Source: Vicinamibacterales bacterium (GTDB lineage Bacteria > Acidobacteriota > Vicinamibacteria > Vicinamibacterales > UBA2999). Taken from it: a DNA stretch of 64,000 nt. Shown in pieces: positions 17,672 through 26,649 of the stretch. Each line of letters begins with the position of its first letter. Within the stretch, counting starts at the first letter, position 1. Below the pieces are notes generated by a model that was not told the DNA's origin, made no database searches, and saw only the letters and a program-made list of their open reading frames with translations. The position numbers and the translations under genes are program-made. The stretch is taken from positions 22,551 through 86,550 of the forward strand of contig DATFRP010000196.1 in NCBI GenBank assembly GCA_035263125.1, given 5' to 3'.

Positions 17672-18076
17672 TCACCGCTTTTCACACATCAGCGCGAGCG
17701 TGTTGCCTTCGCCGTCGCCGAAGAACGCCATCCAGAGCTCATGGTCGGGCATCTTCGCGATGAGATGAGGCTTGTCGCGAAACTCTACCCCGCGTCCCTC
17801 GAGGTCGGCGTGCGACGCATCGATGTCGGAGACGTTGAAGTAGAGAATCGAGCCAGGATGATCGAATTCCTTATCGGGAGGCACTTCGATCATGAGCCGG
17901 ATACCATCGCAATCAAAGAAAGCGAGACCTGGCGGCACCTGAAACAAGAACGGAAGGCCCAACCGATCTCGATAGAACGCGACCGCACGAGGCAGATCCT
18001 TCACCGCCATCGCGATTTGTCCGATCGTTGACAGCTTCGTGGTCACGGTCGAGTTCACTCTACACTTAGTCGTCAA
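17672..18076 (-). CDS. VOC (glyoxalase/bleomycin resistance/dioxygenase) family protein
   Basis: A single VOC module: IGQIAMAVKDLPRAVAFYRDRLGLPFLF...ILYFNVSDIDASHADLEGRGVEF...LWMAFFGDGEGNTLALM. Confidence 0.75.
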   Translation of the reverse strand: MTTKCRVNSTVTTKLSTIGQIAMAVKDLPRAVAFYRDRLGLPFLFQVPPGLAFFDCDGIRLMIEVPPDKEFDHPGSILYFNVSDIDASHADLEGRGVEFRDKPHLIAKMPDHELWMAFFGDGEGNTLALMCEKR

Positions 18077-18111
18077 CTTTTCAACTCCTTACCTTCAGTT
18101 CTTCCGTCACC

Positions 18112-19350
18112 ATGCGCTTCCTCATGACCCCTGTCGGCTCGAGCGGTGATGTTCACCCATACATGGGCATCGGGCGGCGACTCCGCGAGCGAGGTCACAC
18201 CGTGGTGGTGATGACGGCGGGAAAATTCGAGGACGTAGTCGTGCGTGCCGGCCTCGAGTTCCGCGAGACGATCTCGGCGGAGGAATTCGATCGCGTGACG
18301 CGAGATCCTCAGCTGTGGCACCCGCGGAAGGGCCTTGTGTTGGTGATGAGCGAGGTGGCGCGCTGGCTGCGGACGGCCTACGACCTCGTGGCTGACGCGT
18401 ACGAACCTGGAACGGTTCTCGTCGGCCACGGTCTCAGCCTCGCGACGCGGCTGTTCGAAGAAAAGCATGGCGCGTCCGCTGCCACACTGCAGCTCGCGCC
18501 GTCGGTGTTCCGCTCTGACTACGGACAGCAGGCGTTGACGCCGGGCGGCGACATTTCCACGTGGCCGCGCTGGGTCAAAAGGATCTTGTGGTGGGCGGTC
18601 GATCGATTCTTCATCGATCCCACCATCGCACCCCAGCTCAACGCGCTCAGAGGCGAGTTGAAACTTCCCCCCGTCCATCGTGTGATGAACGAATGGGTCC
18701 ATTCTCCCAAACGAGTGATCGCTCTTTTTCCCGAGTGGTTTGCGCCACGACAACCGGACTGGCCAGCGGCACTTCGTCTCACAGGGTTCCCGCTGTATGA
18801 CGAATCGGATCACCAGACTGAGATGCCGGCGACGCTCGAACGCTTCCTCAATGAGGGTCCGCCGCCGATTCTGTTTACGCCGGGCTCAGCGAACCAGCTT
18901 GCTGAGTCGTTCTTCCGTGAATCGGTCGGCGCCGCGCAGGTGATGGGACGTCGTGCGCTGCTGCTCACGCGCTACTCCACACACCTTCCACCGTTGTCCG
19001 ATGGCATTCACTACGAAAGCTACGTCCCGTTCTCGGCTGTGCTGCCCCGCTGCGCCGCGATCGTGCATCACGGTGGAATCGGAACGCTCGCGCAGGGGCT
19101 TGCCGCTGGCATCCCGCAGCTGACGATGCCGCTCGGATTCGATCAACCTGACAACGCGACGCGGCTCGGGCGGCTCGGCGTCGGCCGCTGGGTCGTGCCA
19201 TCGGAGTTCAACCGACACACGGTGGCCGAGACGTTGTCTTCATTGCTGAACGATCCGCGCGTGGCGGAGTCGTGCGCGCGATGGAAGACACAATTGCGAC
19301 AGGAACACGCCATCGATCGCACTTGCGATCTGCTGGAGCAAGTAGCATAA
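18112..19350 (+). CDS. GT1-family (MGT/UDP-glycosyltransferase-like, GT-B fold) glycosyltransferase
   Basis: N-terminus MRFLMTPVGSSGDVHPYMGIGRRLRERGHTVVV and the C-terminal nucleotide-sugar block VHHGGIGTLAQGLAAGIPQLTMPLGFDQPDNA. Confidence 0.75.
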   Translation: MRFLMTPVGSSGDVHPYMGIGRRLRERGHTVVVMTAGKFEDVVVRAGLEFRETISAEEFDRVTRDPQLWHPRKGLVLVMSEVARWLRTAYDLVADAYEPGTVLVGHGLSLATRLFEEKHGASAATLQLAPSVFRSDYGQQALTPGGDISTWPRWVKRILWWAVDRFFIDPTIAPQLNALRGELKLPPVHRVMNEWVHSPKRVIALFPEWFAPRQPDWPAALRLTGFPLYDESDHQTEMPATLERFLNEGPPPILFTPGSANQLAESFFRESVGAAQVMGRRALLLTRYSTHLPPLSDGIHYESYVPFSAVLPRCAAIVHHGGIGTLAQGLAAGIPQLTMPLGFDQPDNATRLGRLGVGRWVVPSEFNRHTVAETLSSLLNDPRVAESCARWKTQLRQEHAIDRTCDLLEQVA

Positions 19351-19356
19351 GAGCAA

Positions 19357-19459
19357 GGCCTCAGGGCTCAGGCCTCAGGCCTCAGGGCTGGGCAAGGGAT
19401 CAGGTGAGCCCAGGACGGCACTGGTGGGCCACTGAGGCCTGGGCCCTGAGGCCTGGGCC
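19357..19459. repeat. Heptad-phased inverted repeat: 5 heptamers, spacer, then 4 heptamers that are approximate reverse complements of the left-arm units
   Basis: Left arm 19357-19391: GGCCTCA GGGCTCA GGCCTCA GGCCTCA GGGCTGG. Right arm 19432-19459: CTGAGGC CTGGGCC CTGAGGC CTGGGCC. Same unit family as 307-362, with a TCACCTGA/TCAGGTGA core in the opposite orientation. It fills the gap between the GT1 stop and the NTPase start. Confidence 0.8.
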
Positions 19460-19472
19460 CTTAAGAGCACAC

Positions 19473-21920
19473 ATGATGGCGGCGGATTACGAGAAGCTCG
19501 GCCTCTTCTACCTTGGCAGGCGCTACGACCTTGCCGCCGCCCCTTCGACGGGCTCAGGGCCGACCCGAGCGCAGTCGCGGGACGGCAAGCGGCTCGACGA
19601 GCTCGTGTTGTACGACTCGAAGGATCTACTCACGCACGCCGTCTGCGTGGGAATGACCGGCAGCGGCAAGACCGGCCTCGGGATCGGGTTGATCGAGGAG
19701 GCCGCGATCGACGGGATCCCGGTCCTCGCGATCGATCCCAAGGGCGATCTCCCAAACCTCCTGCTGACGTTTCCCAATCTCGCCCCTGCTGACTTCGCGC
19801 CATGGATCGATGCGGGCGAGGCCGAGCGTCAAGGTCTGACGAAAGATGCCTACGCCGCGAAAGTGGCGGCTCAATGGAAGGCCGGTCTCGCCGAATGGAA
19901 CGAAGACGGCGATCGCATCAGTCGACTGAGGAAGGCCGCCGACGTTCGCGTCTATACGCCCGGCAGTCGCGCAGCCACACCGTTGGCGCTGTTCGGCGCG
20001 CTCGGTCAACCTGCGTCAGGCGACCCCGAAGACGTTCAGGCCTCGATCGCCACGACGGCGTCGAGCCTGCTCGGCCTCGCCGGGTTGACCGACATCCAGC
20101 CGCACAGCCGCGAACAAGCGCTCCTCACCGCCATCCTGTCGACTGGAGCGCCGGAATCGGGTGCCGATCTCAGGTGGCTGGTGCAGCAGATTCAACGCCC
20201 GTCGTTTTCGCAGATCGGCGTGCTCGATCTCGAAACCTTCTACCCGGCACGCGATCGACAGGAGCTCGCACTCAGGTTCAACGGCCTGCTGGCCTCGCCA
20301 GGCTTCGACGCGTGGAACGCGGGTGAACCGCTCGACGTGGGATCGATGCTGTTCACGCCCGAAGGGCACCCGCGCATCGCGATCGTGTCGATCGCGCATC
20401 TTGGCGACGCCGAACGCATGCTGGTGGTCTCGATGCTGTTCAACTCGCTGCTCCAGTGGACGCGGCGTCAGGGCGGCACGGGATCGCTTCGGGCGCTCGT
20501 CTACATGGATGAAGTGCTCGGGTATCTGCCTCCCGTCGCGAACCCGCCATCGAAGCTCCCGCTGCTCACTCTGCTGAAGCAGGCCCGGGCCTTCGGCGTC
20601 GGCATCGTCCTCGCCACGCAGAATCCGGTCGACCTCGATTACAAGGCGCTGTCGAATACAGGCACATGGTTCCTCGGCAAGCTCCAGACCGAGCGCGACA
20701 AGGCTCGTGTGCTCGACGGGCTCGAGGGCGTCGCCGGGTCGCTGGATCGACAGTCGCTCGACAAGACGCTGTCTGCGCTGCGCGGCCGCGTGTTCCTGAT
20801 GCACAACGTGCACGAACACGAGCCGGTGACCTTCGAAACGCGATGGACGATGTCCTACCTGCGGGGGCCGATGGGGCGCGACGATTTGCGTCGTGCGGCT
20901 GGCATGTCTGCCGCTGCGGCGCCCGTCAGCACAGCGCCGGCCTCAGCGGCTGAGGCACCAGCCACACAACAGCCTCCGCCACCATCAGCTCGCGCAGCAT
21001 CGACAGCTTCAGGAAAACCGGTTCTGCCGGTCGGCCTTCAGGACTATTACCTTCCCGGCGACGGACGAGCGCCCGCGGAGTACTCGCCGGTGCTGTACGG
21101 GGCTGCGCGCGTACGCTACACGGACACCAAACGCGCCATCGACGTCGTCCGCACGTTGTACGCGATCGTGCCTCTTACGAGCAGCGCGGTGGTCGTCGAC
21201 TGGGACAAGGCCACACTGATCACGGACGCGCCTGACTCGCTGTCGCGACAGCCTGGAAACGCACAGGCACGATATGAGTCGCTGCCAGCGGCCGGCATGG
21301 ATCAGAAGAAGTACGCGGCATGGACGAAGGACTTCGGACAATGGGTCACGCGAGCGCAGGTGCTCACGATCTTCTCGGCGCCATCGCTCAAGCTCGTATC
21401 CACGGCAGACGAGAGCGAGCGCGATTTTCAGATCCGCATCCAGCACGCGACCCGCGAGACCCGAGACGCCGCCGTCGAAACGCTGCGGGCACAGTACGCC
21501 CCCAAGCTGGCCCGCCTCCAGGAGAAAGCGCGCAAGGCCGAGGACATCGTCGGTCGCGAGCAGCAGCAGGTCAGTCAACAGCGCCTGCAGGCTACGGTGT
21601 CGATCGGCGCGACGGTGCTGGGCGCGCTGATGGGACGGAGAGCAACGACGCTCTCGACCCTGGGACGCGCGACGACTGCGGCGCGTGGCATCGGGCGATC
21701 CGTGAAAGAGTCACAAGACGTCGCTTCGGCGCAGCAGCGGATGGACGAAGCCAAGCAGGAGGTCGCCGCGCTCGAGGCGGAGCTGCAGAAACAGGTCGAC
21801 GCCATGGGCGGCGGCGCCGCGTCGGCATCGGTGCCAATCGAAACAGTGGAGATCAAACCGAAGCGCGGCGGCGTGGAAGTGCAGATCGTCGCGCTGGCGT
21901 GGCAGCCTACTGAGTACTGA
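19473..21920 (+). CDS. HerA/FtsK-superfamily P-loop NTPase (YjgR/DUF853-like core) with long C-terminal extension
   Basis: Walker A VGMTGSGKTG; DPKGDL shortly after; Walker B-like LRALVYMDEV; ATQNPVDLD. The C-terminal ~300 aa are Ala/Gln/Glu-rich and coiled-coil-like. Start taken at MMAADYEKLG (ATG 19473). Confidence 0.7.
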   Translation: MMAADYEKLGLFYLGRRYDLAAAPSTGSGPTRAQSRDGKRLDELVLYDSKDLLTHAVCVGMTGSGKTGLGIGLIEEAAIDGIPVLAIDPKGDLPNLLLTFPNLAPADFAPWIDAGEAERQGLTKDAYAAKVAAQWKAGLAEWNEDGDRISRLRKAADVRVYTPGSRAATPLALFGALGQPASGDPEDVQASIATTASSLLGLAGLTDIQPHSREQALLTAILSTGAPESGADLRWLVQQIQRPSFSQIGVLDLETFYPARDRQELALRFNGLLASPGFDAWNAGEPLDVGSMLFTPEGHPRIAIVSIAHLGDAERMLVVSMLFNSLLQWTRRQGGTGSLRALVYMDEVLGYLPPVANPPSKLPLLTLLKQARAFGVGIVLATQNPVDLDYKALSNTGTWFLGKLQTERDKARVLDGLEGVAGSLDRQSLDKTLSALRGRVFLMHNVHEHEPVTFETRWTMSYLRGPMGRDDLRRAAGMSAAAAPVSTAPASAAEAPATQQPPPPSARAASTASGKPVLPVGLQDYYLPGDGRAPAEYSPVLYGAARVRYTDTKRAIDVVRTLYAIVPLTSSAVVVDWDKATLITDAPDSLSRQPGNAQARYESLPAAGMDQKKYAAWTKDFGQWVTRAQVLTIFSAPSLKLVSTADESERDFQIRIQHATRETRDAAVETLRAQYAPKLARLQEKARKAEDIVGREQQQVSQQRLQATVSIGATVLGALMGRRATTLSTLGRATTAARGIGRSVKESQDVASAQQRMDEAKQEVAALEAELQKQVDAMGGGAASASVPIETVEIKPKRGGVEVQIVALAWQPTEY

Positions 21921-23985
21921 AGGCAGGCGTATCGCGATTGAGCCAGGCCTGCCAGGCGTTGAAACTGAAAGGGCGTCCGAGGAATTGGCGTACGAGCTCG
22001 GCGGCAGGTTTCGAGCTTCCGGCCGCGAGGACCGTAGTCTCGTAGCGACGCGCGAGCCCGGGCTGAAGGAGATCCTTCCCGTCGAAGGCACTGAACAGGT
22101 CCTTCGCAATGACGAGCGCCCACATGTATGTGTAGTACGCGCTCGCATACCCCTCGTTGCCGAGATGTACGAAGACCGCCTGCCGATATGTGCCGTCAAC
22201 GTGGGGATACGGCATGTAGCGGTTGTGGATCTCCTTCCAGAGCGCCGTCGTATCGACTTTCGACGCGTCGCGATCGTGATATGACAGTGACGCTTTCGCG
22301 AAGACCATCTGGCCCCGCACCTCGAGACCCTGGCCGAACTCACTCGCGCGGCGCATCTGCATGACGAGGCGCGCCGGTATCGGCTCACCAGTCTGATAGT
22401 GCCTGGCGAAGCTTGCGAGCGTCACCGGATCGAAGAGCCACTCTTCGAGCATCTGCGAGGGCGCTTCCGTGAAGTCGCGTTCCAGTCCGAGGCTGCTGAG
22501 CCCCGCCCATTCACGGTGTCCGCCGACCAGGCGGTGCACGACGTGGCCGAATTCATGGAACAGCGTTCGTGCTTCGTCGTGCGTCATGAGGCCGGGATCA
22601 CCTGGCTGTCCGCCCGGGAGACTTGCGACCAGCACTGACTCCGGTACGTGACGACCTTCGACACCCTGTCGAACAGTACTCACCGACGCGGTCGTGGATG
22701 CTTTGTTCGCGCGCGGATGCAGATCGAGATACACGCGTCCGATCAGGCGACCACGGTCGAGTACTTCGTACACCCGAACCGAGGGATCCCAGACGTTGAC
22801 GTTCGACACGGGACGGAACGTCAGACCGAAGACGCGACTGGTGACGTCGAAGACGCCGGCGAGCACGCGGTCGAACGGGAAATAGGGACGCACCGTCTGC
22901 GAATCGAAGGCGTAGCTCGCACGACGCACCTGCTCGGCATAGTAGGCGCGGTCCCACACCTGCAGAGACGCACCCGGCAGATCGCGCTGCTTGAGCGCCA
23001 GGAGCTCTTTGGCTTCGCGAGCGGCCTTCGGTCCTGCCGCCGCCACGACGCGATCGATGAACATCGACACTGTCTTCACGTCGCCCGACATGCGCGACGC
23101 CATGTCATAGCTGGCCCAATTGGGGTATCCGAGCAGACGCGCGATCTCGCCGCGGAGCGCGAGCATGCGATCGAGCACCTCGATGTTCTTCGGATACGCC
23201 ACGGTGTACGACTCGATGTACATCCGTTTGCGCACGTCCTCGCTGGTGGCGTAGGTCAACACCGGGCGCGCGTCGACGTTGTCGGTGGTGAGGGTGATGG
23301 CGCCGGCGCTGTCTGGTGTGTGGCGGGCGACGAAATCCGCCGGCAGGCCGTCGAGATCTTTGGCGCCGACGGTCCAACGACGTTGACCCTCGCGGATGTT
23401 GCGCTGGAACTCCGCCATGACCGCCGCGAGCTGATCGCGCATCGTCTGCAGGCGTGCCCGCGTCGCCGCGGGGCGATCGACGCCTCGTCGCCTGAGGTTG
23501 CCGAGCTCTCGTGCGAGGTAGTAGCGCGTGTTCGCATCGAGACCATCGGAACGAATCGCGTTCAGCGCGTTGTAGACATCGCTCCGCAGTTGAATCTCGG
23601 AGGTGAGCGCCTGCACCCGGCGATCGAGCTCGTCACCCGTACGCCGCACGTTCTCGTCCGGGTGCACACCGGCCAGAAGTTCGGCCTCGGTGTCGGCCGT
23701 ATCGAGCTCGGCACGCATGTCGTCGTACGGGCGAAGCGTGTTCGCGGCAGTGCGAGGACCTTTGACTGCGAGGAGGTGATCGAGCGATTGACGGGCGCGC
23801 GCGAGACGGCCTTCGACGATCGTCCGCAGCGACGCGGCGTCGGTAAGACCTTCGGTAAAGGGCGCGTCCGGCGCTTCAGACGGCGGAACGGCTGCGGGCG
23901 CGGGTCCCTGCACTCGGGCCGGAACCACGCCCAGCAACACGATCGCCGCGATCGCGGCAGGCGTACGCAGCAGACGTGCAGGCAT
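21907..23985 (-). CDS. M3 family zinc metallopeptidase (oligopeptidase/dipeptidyl carboxypeptidase-like), secreted
   Basis: HEXXH zinc site in FHEFGHVVH, a downstream E in the ...FTEAPSQMLEEW context, and signal peptide MPARLLRTPAAIAAIVLLGVVPARVQG. Confidence 0.8.
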   Translation of the reverse strand: MPARLLRTPAAIAAIVLLGVVPARVQGPAPAAVPPSEAPDAPFTEGLTDAASLRTIVEGRLARARQSLDHLLAVKGPRTAANTLRPYDDMRAELDTADTEAELLAGVHPDENVRRTGDELDRRVQALTSEIQLRSDVYNALNAIRSDGLDANTRYYLARELGNLRRRGVDRPAATRARLQTMRDQLAAVMAEFQRNIREGQRRWTVGAKDLDGLPADFVARHTPDSAGAITLTTDNVDARPVLTYATSEDVRKRMYIESYTVAYPKNIEVLDRMLALRGEIARLLGYPNWASYDMASRMSGDVKTVSMFIDRVVAAAGPKAAREAKELLALKQRDLPGASLQVWDRAYYAEQVRRASYAFDSQTVRPYFPFDRVLAGVFDVTSRVFGLTFRPVSNVNVWDPSVRVYEVLDRGRLIGRVYLDLHPRANKASTTASVSTVRQGVEGRHVPESVLVASLPGGQPGDPGLMTHDEARTLFHEFGHVVHRLVGGHREWAGLSSLGLERDFTEAPSQMLEEWLFDPVTLASFARHYQTGEPIPARLVMQMRRASEFGQGLEVRGQMVFAKASLSYHDRDASKVDTTALWKEIHNRYMPYPHVDGTYRQAVFVHLGNEGYASAYYTYMWALVIAKDLFSAFDGKDLLQPGLARRYETTVLAAGSSKPAAELVRQFLGRPFSFNAWQAWLNRDTPAFSTQ

Positions 23986-24003
23986 CGACGCTTCCGATCC
24001 GAA

Positions 24004-25833
24004 CTACGCCGAGCACTCCCCGTCCATCACCTCAGGCGAGAACGCTTGGGTCTCTCCGAGGTCGACGAAATCATCATCGGTCGTCTCGTTGGGCAGCAAC
24101 TGCGCAAGATCCTTCAGCGCATCGGTTGCCGCCGCCGGCGGCAGACGCCGGAAGAAGGCCCCGAGCTCCTCATTGCCTTCGCGCCTGCTGCGATACAGAT
24201 CCAGGAGACGATCGAGCGCATCCGTCAGCCGATGCACGGGCACCTTCGAGACGACCTTGCCGAAGTGCGCGGTGCCCTCGTCCGAGCAGCCGCCGCCGAC
24301 GAGCACGAAGTACTGCGGCACGGCACGACCGGCCACTTTCCTCACGCTCCCCTGGAAGCCAATCGATCCGATGTGATGCTGGCCGCAGCCATTCGGACAC
24401 CCGCTGATCTTGATGTGCCCCGAGGGCACGAGGTCGACCAGTTCCGGGCGCGCGCTCAAGTGCTCGGTCAAGGTGCGGCCAAGACCACGCGACTGTGTGA
24501 CGGCGAGCCGGCAGCTTTCCGCGCCGGGGCAGCTGACGACGTCGCTCAATCGGCCCGCATCAGGCGCGCCGAGCCCCGCGGCCGCGAGCCGCTGGTAGAA
24601 CGGCTCGATCGACTCGGTCTTCACCCATCGATACAGCACGTTCTGGTCGACGGTGAGCCGCATCGTGCCGTCACCGTACGCTTCGGCGAGATCGGCGAGC
24701 ACTCGCATCTGGCCCGACGTGAAGTCACCGAGCGGAAGGCGAACGGTCACATGGCAGTACCCGGTCTGTCGCTGCCGGCTCACGTTGCTCCGCATCCATC
24801 GCACGTACGCATCGGGCAGCGGCTGCAGCCGGACGGTGCCTGGGAGAATGCCGGGCCCGTTGACCGGCGTGCTCGCGGCGGCAGCAACCGCCTGCAGCGT
24901 CGGCGCCTGTGAGGGACACCAGTTCGGCGCGGCTTCAGGCAGCACGGTGTCGGGATTGAATGGCAGCGCGGCGCCACCCTCCGCCTTGAACGCGGCCAGC
25001 TCTTCGTCGAACCGCTGACGGAATCCGTCCCATCCAAGCGTCTTGATGGTGAACTTCAGACGGTTGCGGGATTTGTGTTCGTAATCGCCGTATTTGTGGA
25101 ACACGCGGACCACTGCTTCCGCCACGTTGAACATCTCTTCAACCGGCAGGAATTCGTAGAGCACGTATCCCGACACAGGAAGGATCGACGTGCCACCTGC
25201 CACCGTCACACGGAACCCGCGCCTGCCGTCGACGATGCGCGCACGCCATCCGAGATCGTTGATCGAGGCGCAGGCGTGATCCTCAGAGCACCCCTCGAAC
25301 GCGATCTTGAACTTCCTGGGCAGCTTCGCCGACAACGGGTGTCGCAGGAAGTAGCGCGTCATCGCTTCGGCGTACGGGGTCACATCGAAGACTTCGGTCG
25401 CGGAGGTCCCTGCGTACTGACAGCCGGTGATGTTGCGCACGGAGTTGCCGCAGGCTTCGCGCGTGGTGAGTCCTTGAGCGGCAAGCTCGCGCATCACGTC
25501 CTCGACGACGCTGAGAAGGACGAAGTGATATTGGATGTTCTGTCGTGTGGTGATGTGACAGAAGCCACGCGAGTAGCGTGAGGCCACGCCGGCGAGCGTT
25601 CGCATCTGCGACGCCGTCAGGATGCCCTGCGGAATCTTGATGCGCAGCATCTGTACGTTGTCCTGGCGCTGCCCGTACGTCCCGCGCACGAGACGGAAAC
25701 GCCGCCAGTCGTCGGGACTGATCTCGCCGCGCTCGTACTTGCCCAGCACCTCGACGAACTCGTCGATGTCGTGCTCGCTGGCAAAGTCCAGGCGGGCCCG
25801 CCCAAGCGTCTTCTGATCGTCAACTGCGGCCAT
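24004..25833 (-). CDS. sir: Nitrite/sulfite reductase family hemoprotein (ferredoxin-type assimilatory sulfite reductase-like)
   Basis: Has the NIR_SIR ferredoxin-like halves and the siroheme/4Fe-4S cysteine cluster (SCPGAESCRLA...ISGCPNGCGQ). It sits next to siroheme biosynthesis genes. Confidence 0.8.
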   Translation of the reverse strand: MAAVDDQKTLGRARLDFASEHDIDEFVEVLGKYERGEISPDDWRRFRLVRGTYGQRQDNVQMLRIKIPQGILTASQMRTLAGVASRYSRGFCHITTRQNIQYHFVLLSVVEDVMRELAAQGLTTREACGNSVRNITGCQYAGTSATEVFDVTPYAEAMTRYFLRHPLSAKLPRKFKIAFEGCSEDHACASINDLGWRARIVDGRRGFRVTVAGGTSILPVSGYVLYEFLPVEEMFNVAEAVVRVFHKYGDYEHKSRNRLKFTIKTLGWDGFRQRFDEELAAFKAEGGAALPFNPDTVLPEAAPNWCPSQAPTLQAVAAAASTPVNGPGILPGTVRLQPLPDAYVRWMRSNVSRQRQTGYCHVTVRLPLGDFTSGQMRVLADLAEAYGDGTMRLTVDQNVLYRWVKTESIEPFYQRLAAAGLGAPDAGRLSDVVSCPGAESCRLAVTQSRGLGRTLTEHLSARPELVDLVPSGHIKISGCPNGCGQHHIGSIGFQGSVRKVAGRAVPQYFVLVGGGCSDEGTAHFGKVVSKVPVHRLTDALDRLLDLYRSRREGNEELGAFFRRLPPAAATDALKDLAQLLPNETTDDDFVDLGETQAFSPEVMDGECSA

Positions 25834-26605
25834 ACGTCACCTTATCGTGCGTCGTCACCTCGTCGTACGCAGAGTCCGGCTTTAGCCGGACCAAGGCGTC
25901 GCGCACGCGAATCACCTCTCCGATCACTAGCACACCGGGCACGCCCTCGGGGGGTCCCACCGATCCGAGCTCCGCAAGCCTGCCCGTCCATGTCCATTCA
26001 TCGGCGGTCGATGCCCCGCAGATCACGGCCGCCGGAATATCCCCGGACCAGCTGTGTTCGAGCAGCCGCGACGCGATCTCATGTCGCCCGGCCAGACCCA
26101 TCATCACGACGAGCGTGATGCTGTTCGGTCGTACCGCAGCGATGGTCGCATCGAGTGACTCGCCGGTCTGTCCTGCAATGACGAGAAACCCGGACGCCAC
26201 ACCACGATGCGTGACCGGAATGCCGGCGAGCTCGGGCGCCGCAACCGCAGTCGTGACGCCGGGAACCACTTCCACGGGAATCCCCGCAACCGACAACGCG
26301 AGCGCCTCTTCGGCTCCGCGCCCGAACACGAAGGGATCGCCGCCCTTCAACCGCACGACCCGTTTGCCCTGCCGCGCGGCCCTGACCATCAGCCGGTTGA
26401 TCGTGTCCTGCTTGACGCTCGCACGGCCGGCGCGCTTGCCGACGCAGAAGCACTGCCCGTTGGTAGCCGCCCGTACCGCATCCGCATCGACGAGGGCGTC
26501 GTACAGGACCAGATCTGCGTGTTCGACGCGCTGCCGGGCCCGGACGGTCCACAACTCTGGATCGCCAGGACCTGCACCGACCAACGAGACCAATCCGATC
26601 GTCAT
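25820..26605 (-). CDS. cobA: Uroporphyrinogen-III C-methyltransferase (SUMT)
   Basis: VSLVGAGPGDPELWTVRA...ADLVLYDALV...VVRLKGGDPFVFGRG.EE fits the TP_methylase family. Start taken at MTIGLV (ATG 26605). The C-terminal tail overlaps the sulfite reductase start and contains a palindromic repeat (25874-25891). Confidence 0.85.
   Translation of the reverse strand: MTIGLVSLVGAGPGDPELWTVRARQRVEHADLVLYDALVDADAVRAATNGQCFCVGKRAGRASVKQDTINRLMVRAARQGKRVVRLKGGDPFVFGRGAEEALALSVAGIPVEVVPGVTTAVAAPELAGIPVTHRGVASGFLVIAGQTGESLDATIAAVRPNSITLVVMMGLAGRHEIASRLLEHSWSGDIPAAVICGASTADEWTWTGRLAELGSVGPPEGVPGVLVIGEVIRVRDALVRLKPDSAYDEVTTHDKVTYGRS
25874..25891. repeat. Intragenic GC hairpin gtccggc-ttta-gccggac inside the cobA 3' tail
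   Basis: A perfect 7-bp stem with a 4-nt loop. It is read on the minus strand as V-R-L-K-P-D. The same unit occurs at 40254-40271. Confidence 0.7.
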
Positions 26606-26614
26606 GTCGCTTTC

Positions 26615-26649
26615 GCCGAGCCTCAAGAACAGGCCCGGCCTACACTGTC
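26615..26649. repeat. 35-nt hairpin-plus-tail repeat (third copy of the 33146-33279 unit)
   Basis: gccgagcct-caagaac-aggcccggc-ctacactgtc is identical at 31 of 35 positions to 33245-33279, with one compensatory stem change (T:A to C:G). It spans the sirC-like stop and the gap before cobA. Confidence 0.8.

Noticed and set aside
22648-24912. 754-aa plus-strand ORF spanning the M3 peptidase and sulfite reductase genes on the opposite strand
   Set aside because: It crosses the boundary of two well-supported minus-strand genes and has no domain signatures. It is a GC-driven shadow ORF.
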